DNA of 64,000 bases, from the NCBI RefSeq assembly GCF_055900595.2, contig NZ_CM148325.1; one strand, written 5' to 3'. A program made the translations under genes and the position numbers. Below the pieces are notes generated by a model. It had not been told where the DNA came from. It was given only the letters and a program-made list of their open reading frames with translations, and did no database searches. Positions 55,344 to 64,000 of this stretch are shown piece by piece (position 1 is the stretch's first letter; the number at the start of each line of letters is the position of its first letter).

Positions 55344-56750
55344 ATGTCAAAGCAACAGATCGGCGTCGTCGGTATGGCAGTGATGGGGCGCAATCTTGCG
55401 CTTAACATCGAAAGCCGTGGTTATACCGTCTCTATTTTCAACCGTTCCCGTGAAAAGACGGAAGAAGTGATTGCCGAAAATCCAGGCAAAAAACTGGTTC
55501 CTTACTATACGGTGAAAGAGTTCGTTGAATCTCTGGAAACGCCTCGTCGCATCCTGTTAATGGTTAAAGCAGGTGCAGGCACGGATGCTGCTATTGATTC
55601 CCTCAAACCATATCTCGATAAAGGTGACATCATCATTGATGGTGGTAACACCTTCTTCCAGGACACTATTCGTCGTAACCGTGAGCTTTCTGCAGAAGGC
55701 TTTAACTTCATCGGTACCGGTGTTTCCGGCGGTGAAGAGGGGGCGCTGAAAGGGCCTTCCATTATGCCTGGTGGGCAGAAAGAAGCCTATGAACTGGTTG
55801 CTCCGATCCTGACCAAAATCGCCGCCGTTGCTGAAGATGGCGAACCGTGCGTTACCTATATTGGTGCCGATGGCGCGGGTCACTATGTGAAGATGGTTCA
55901 CAACGGTATTGAATACGGTGATATGCAACTGATTGCTGAAGCCTATTCTCTGCTTAAAGGTGGCCTGAATCTTTCCAACGAAGAACTGGCGCAGACGTTT
56001 ACCGAGTGGAATAACGGTGAACTGAGCAGCTACCTGATCGACATCACCAAAGACATCTTCACTAAAAAAGATGAAGACGGTAACTACCTGGTTGATGTGA
56101 TCCTGGATGAAGCGGCTAACAAAGGTACCGGTAAATGGACCAGCCAGAGCGCGCTTGATCTCGGCGAACCGCTGTCGCTGATTACCGAGTCTGTGTTTGC
56201 ACGATACATCTCTTCTCTGAAAGAGCAGCGTGTTGCCGCATCTAAAGTTCTTTCTGGTCCGCAAGCGCAGCCTGCTGGCGACAAAGGTGAATTCATCGAA
56301 AAAGTTCGCCGTGCGCTGTATCTGGGTAAAATCGTTTCTTACGCTCAGGGCTTCTCTCAGCTACGCGCTGCGTCTGAAGAGTACAACTGGGATCTGAACT
56401 ACGGTGAAATCGCGAAGATTTTCCGTGCTGGCTGCATCATCCGTGCGCAGTTCCTGCAGAAAATCACCGATGCTTATGCCGAAAATCCGCAGATCGCTAA
56501 CCTGTTGCTGGCTCCTTACTTCAAGCAAATTGCCGATGACTACCAGCAGGCGCTGCGCGATGTCGTCGCTTACGCAGTACAGAACGGTATCCCGGTGCCG
56601 ACCTTCGCCGCTGCTGTTGCCTATTACGACAGCTACCGCGCCGCTGTTCTGCCTGCGAACCTGATCCAGGCACAGCGTGACTATTTCGGTGCGCATACTT
56701 ATAAGCGCATTGATAAAGAAGGTGTGTTCCATACTGAATGGCTGGATTAA
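55344..56750 (+). CDS. gnd: 6-phosphogluconate dehydrogenase (decarboxylating) Gnd (468 aa)
   Basis: [27 protein letters not shown]...; higher GC than the upstream O-antigen genes. Confidence 0.97.
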   Translation: MSKQQIGVVGMAVMGRNLALNIESRGYTVSIFNRSREKTEEVIAENPGKKLVPYYTVKEFVESLETPRRILLMVKAGAGTDAAIDSLKPYLDKGDIIIDGGNTFFQDTIRRNRELSAEGFNFIGTGVSGGEEGALKGPSIMPGGQKEAYELVAPILTKIAAVAEDGEPCVTYIGADGAGHYVKMVHNGIEYGDMQLIAEAYSLLKGGLNLSNEELAQTFTEWNNGELSSYLIDITKDIFTKKDEDGNYLVDVILDEAANKGTGKWTSQSALDLGEPLSLITESVFARYISSLKEQRVAASKVLSGPQAQPAGDKGEFIEKVRRALYLGKIVSYAQGFSQLRAASEEYNWDLNYGEIAKIFRAGCIIRAQFLQKITDAYAENPQIANLLLAPYFKQIADDYQQALRDVVAYAVQNGIPVPTFAAAVAYYDSYRAAVLPANLIQAQRDYFGAHTYKRIDKEGVFHTEWLD

Positions 56751-56777
56751 TCTGATTTAACCAACAATAAAATTGAG

Positions 56778-56808
56778 GCCCGGCGTATATTGCACCGGGC
56801 TTTTTTTT
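56778..56808 (+). terminator. Rho-independent terminator of gnd
   Basis: Hairpin gcccgg...ccgggc followed by TTTTTTTT at 56801..56808. Confidence 0.8.
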
Positions 56809-56989
56809 GCCAATTATCTTATAGACTAAATTTCACTGCTTAATATTAACTTAATAAATATCAGCTATTCTTATAAAGAAAATCTGAATTGTTTTTCGTT
56901 GCGTTGACCATCGAACAACGTAGCGTTAAAACTTTTAGCTCTTATCAGGATGCTAAAAACATCATGATTCACAGTTAAGTTAATTCTGA

Positions 56990-58165
<1,176 letters not shown>

Positions 58166-58310
58166 CATCTTGTTATCAGGGCTATTTACGCCCTGATTGT
58201 CTTTTGTTACCTCCGCAATAATTCATTATTTTTATCGCTTATCCTATAGCATTCACGGGGATTATCGCTAAACTATGTGGACTTGGAAATTTCCGTCAGT
58301 TAGGGTAATG

Positions 58311-59288
58311 ATGAGAGTAGAAAATAATAATGTTTCTGGGCAAAACCATGACCCGGAACAGATTGATTTGATTGATTTACTAGTGCAGTTGTGGCGTGGC
58401 AAGATGACAATCATCATTTCCGTCATTGTGGCTATTGCCCTGGCTATTGGATATTTGGCAGTAGCGAAGGAGAAATGGACGTCAACAGCAATTATCACTC
58501 AGCCCGACGTGGGGCAAATTGCTGGCTATAACAATGCCATGAATGTTATCTATGGTCAGGCTGCGCCGAAAGTATCGGATTTACAGGAAACGTTGATTGG
58601 TCGCTTCAGTTCTGCCTTCTCTGCATTAGCAGAAACGCTGGATAATCAGGAAGAGCCAGAAAAGCTTACCATCGAACCTTCTGTTAAGAACCAGCAATTA
58701 CCATTGACTGTTTCTTATGTTGGGCAAACTGCAGAGGGCGCACAAATGAAGTTGGCCCAATACATTCAGCAAGTTGACGATAAAGTGAATCAAGAGCTAG
58801 AAAAGGATCTCAAGGACAACATTGCTCTGGGACGGAAAAACTTGCAGGACTCTTTAAGAACGCAGGAAGTGGTTGCGCAGGAGCAGAAAGATCTGCGTAT
58901 CCGTCAGATTCAGGAAGCGTTGCAGTATGCGAATCAGGCGCAGGTGACAAAGCCGCAGATTCAGCAGACACAGGACGTAACCCAAGATACTATGTTCCTT
59001 TTGGGGAGCGAAGCGCTGGAGTCGATGATTAAGCACGAGGCGACTCGTCCGTTGGTGTTCTCATCAAACTACTATCAGACTCGTCAAAACCTGCTGGATA
59101 TCGAAAGCTTAAAAGTTGATGATCTTGATATTCATGCTTACCGCTATGTGATGAAACCGACGTTACCTATTCGTCGCGATAGCCCGAAAAAGGCAATTAC
59201 CTTGATTCTGGCGGTGCTGCTGGGCGGCATGGTTGGCGCGGGGATTGTGTTGGGGCGTAATGCTCTGCGTAATTACAACGCGAAGTAA
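58311..59288 (+). CDS. wzzB: O-antigen chain-length determinant WzzB (about 325 aa; start could be ATG at 58308)
   Basis: MRVENNNVSGQNHDPEQIDLIDL...; PCP-1 family with N- and C-terminal TM segments. Track ORF begins 12 codons upstream. Confidence 0.9.
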   Translation: MRVENNNVSGQNHDPEQIDLIDLLVQLWRGKMTIIISVIVAIALAIGYLAVAKEKWTSTAIITQPDVGQIAGYNNAMNVIYGQAAPKVSDLQETLIGRFSSAFSALAETLDNQEEPEKLTIEPSVKNQQLPLTVSYVGQTAEGAQMKLAQYIQQVDDKVNQELEKDLKDNIALGRKNLQDSLRTQEVVAQEQKDLRIRQIQEALQYANQAQVTKPQIQQTQDVTQDTMFLLGSEALESMIKHEATRPLVFSSNYYQTRQNLLDIESLKVDDLDIHAYRYVMKPTLPIRRDSPKKAITLILAVLLGGMVGAGIVLGRNALRNYNAK

Positions 59289-59305
59289 TCTTTGCAGCTT
59301 TAAAG

Positions 59306-59372
59306 AAAACGGGCAGGGTGGTGACACCTTGCCCGTTTTTTTTGCCGGATGCGACAACAACATCGCATCCGC
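59306..59372. terminator. Bidirectional terminator region between convergent wzzB and the his operon
   Basis: Hairpin cgggcagggtg...caccttgcccg flanked by A-run and T-run, followed by a second hairpin ggatgcga...tcgcatcc. Confidence 0.75.
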
Positions 59373-59384
59373 TTACCCCGCAAC

Positions 59385-59989
59385 TCACTGATGCCGTTTA
59401 CGCAGGTTCTCAATTACTGTCGTTAAATCCAGATCCTGATCCTGCAACAGCACCAGCAGGTGATACATCAAATCAGATGCCTCGTTGGTCAGCTCAAAGC
59501 GGTCATGTACAGTCGCGGCCAGTGCGGTTTCCACGCCTTCTTCGCCCACTTTCTGCGCAATGCGTTTGGTGCCGCTGGCATACAGTTTGGCAGTGTAAGA
59601 GGTTTCCGGGTCGGCAGATTTGCGTTCGGCGAGCAGTTGTTCCAGTTGATAAAGGAACAGCCACTGGTGAGCGGTGTCGCCGAAGCAGCTGCTGGTGCCT
59701 TTGTGGCAGGTCGGGCCGATGGGATTCGCCAGCAACAGTAACGTGTCGTTGTCGCAGTCCGGCGTAATATTTACTACGTTGAGGAAATTGCCCGACGTTT
59801 CGCCTTTGGTCCACAGTCGCTGTTTAGTGCGCGAGAAGAAGGTGACTTTGCCGCTTTCGATGGTTTTATCTAAGGCTTCCGGGTTCATATAGCCCAGCAT
59901 TAACACTTCACCGGATACCGCGTGTTGCACAATCACCGGCATAAGTCCGTCGGTTTTTTCCCAGTCCAGTTCGCGGCGTTGTTGTTCTG

Positions 59990-59996
<7 letters not shown>
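59385..59996 (-). CDS. hisI: Bifunctional phosphoribosyl-AMP cyclohydrolase / phosphoribosyl-ATP pyrophosphatase HisIE (203 aa)
   Basis: ATG at 59996; [25 protein letters not shown].... Confidence 0.96.
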
Positions 59997-62074
<2,078 letters not shown>

Positions 62075-62075
<1 letters not shown>

Positions 62076-63141
62076 TACAGCACTCCTTTCGACGAGGGCA
62101 GGGTGTCGCCTTCCACGCGGATGGCCTGGCGCAGGGTGCGACCAAAGGCTTTGAACAGGCTCTCTACACGGTGATGATCGTTTTTACCTTTGGTTTTCAG
62201 GTGCAGGGTCACGCCCATGGTGTATGAGAGCGAACGGAAGAAGTGCTCGATCATCTCGGTGCTGAGATCGCCCACGCGCTGGTAGGTAAATTCAGCTTTA
62301 TATTCCAGGTGCGGGCGACCAGATATATCCAGCGCGCAGCGGGCAAGGCATTCGTCCATCGGCAGCACAAAACCAAAGCGGCAAATACCGCGTTTGTCGC
62401 CGAGGGCGATTTTTAACGCTTCGCCCAGCGCCAGGCCGGTATCTTCGACGGTGTGGTGATCGTCGATATAGAGGTCGCCTTTGACGTTGATTTCCATGCG
62501 GAAACCGCCGTGGGTGGCGATCTGATCCAGCATGTGATCAAAGAAGCCAACGCCGGTATTAATCTTGCTGCCACCTTCACGATCCAGCCACACCTGGACG
62601 TCAATTTGCGTCTCTTTGGTGTTGCGCACTACATGGGCGTAACGGTCTCGTTTAGTGAGTTGCTCGCCAATCATCGGCCAGTTCAGGGTTTCGCGGTCGT
62701 AGCGTAAACCATTAATGCCCATGTTTTCCGCCAGTTGAATGTCGGTCGCGCGATCGCCAATCACATAACTGTTAGCGCGATCCATCGCTTGCTCAGCGAG
62801 ATAACGCTCCACCAGTTTTACTTTCGGCTTACGGCAGTCGCACTCATCGGCGGGCAGGTGCGGACAAATCAGCACTTCATCAAACTGTACGCCTTGCGAG
62901 GTGAAGATCTGCATCATCAGGTTGTGCGGGCCATCGAAATCCGCCTGTGGGAAACTTTGTGTTCCCAGACCATCCTGATTAGTGATCATCACCAGCTTGT
63001 AGCCCGCTTTTTGCAGCTTCAGCAGTTCCGGGATCACGCCCGGTTCAAAGGCGAGTTTGTCAAAACGGTCCACCTGAAAATCACTCGGCGGTTCGCTAAT
63101 CAGGGTTCCATCGCGATCGATAAAAAGATACTTCTGACTCA

Positions 63142-63142
<1 letters not shown>
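62075..63142 (-). CDS. hisB: Bifunctional histidinol-phosphatase / imidazoleglycerol-phosphate dehydratase HisB (355 aa)
   Basis: ATG at 63142 ([14 protein letters not shown]...); track ORF used the TTG one codon upstream. Confidence 0.95.

Positions 63143-64000
<858 letters not shown>

Noticed and set aside
59318-59892. Plus-strand ORFs overlapping hisI (59318..59767, 59460..59741, 59674..59892)
   Set aside because: Antisense to hisI, which has an unambiguous HisIE translation.

Overview
This window is a contiguous stretch of Escherichia coli chromosome, in reverse orientation relative to the K-12 map, and I did not find a clearly undescribed system in it. Gene calls are from my reading of the translated ORFs and remembered E. 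coli gene order; no database search was run. Order across the window: mdtB (partial) and mdtA; three tandem ibs/sib type I toxin-antitoxin repeats; yegL-yegK-yegJ-yegI (vWA protein, PP2C phosphatase, exported protein, atypical kinase); yegD; alkA; yegE/dgcE; udk-dcd-asmA; yegH; the complete colanic acid cluster (wza to wcaM); galF; an ISAs1-family (H-repeat) insertion element; a low-GC O-antigen cluster (wzx, GT2, wzy, fnlA, fnlB, fnlC, wbuB, wbuC); gnd; ugd; wzzB; and the distal his operon (hisI, hisF, hisA, hisH, hisB, partial hisC). The ORF track uses TTG/GTG as starts, so several track ORFs are N-terminally over-extended; I re-derived starts where I could. The strain-variable parts are the ibs/sib copy number, the IS element and the O-antigen cluster. 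The least-characterised loci are yegLKJI and a structured, REP-flanked segment between asmA and yegH.
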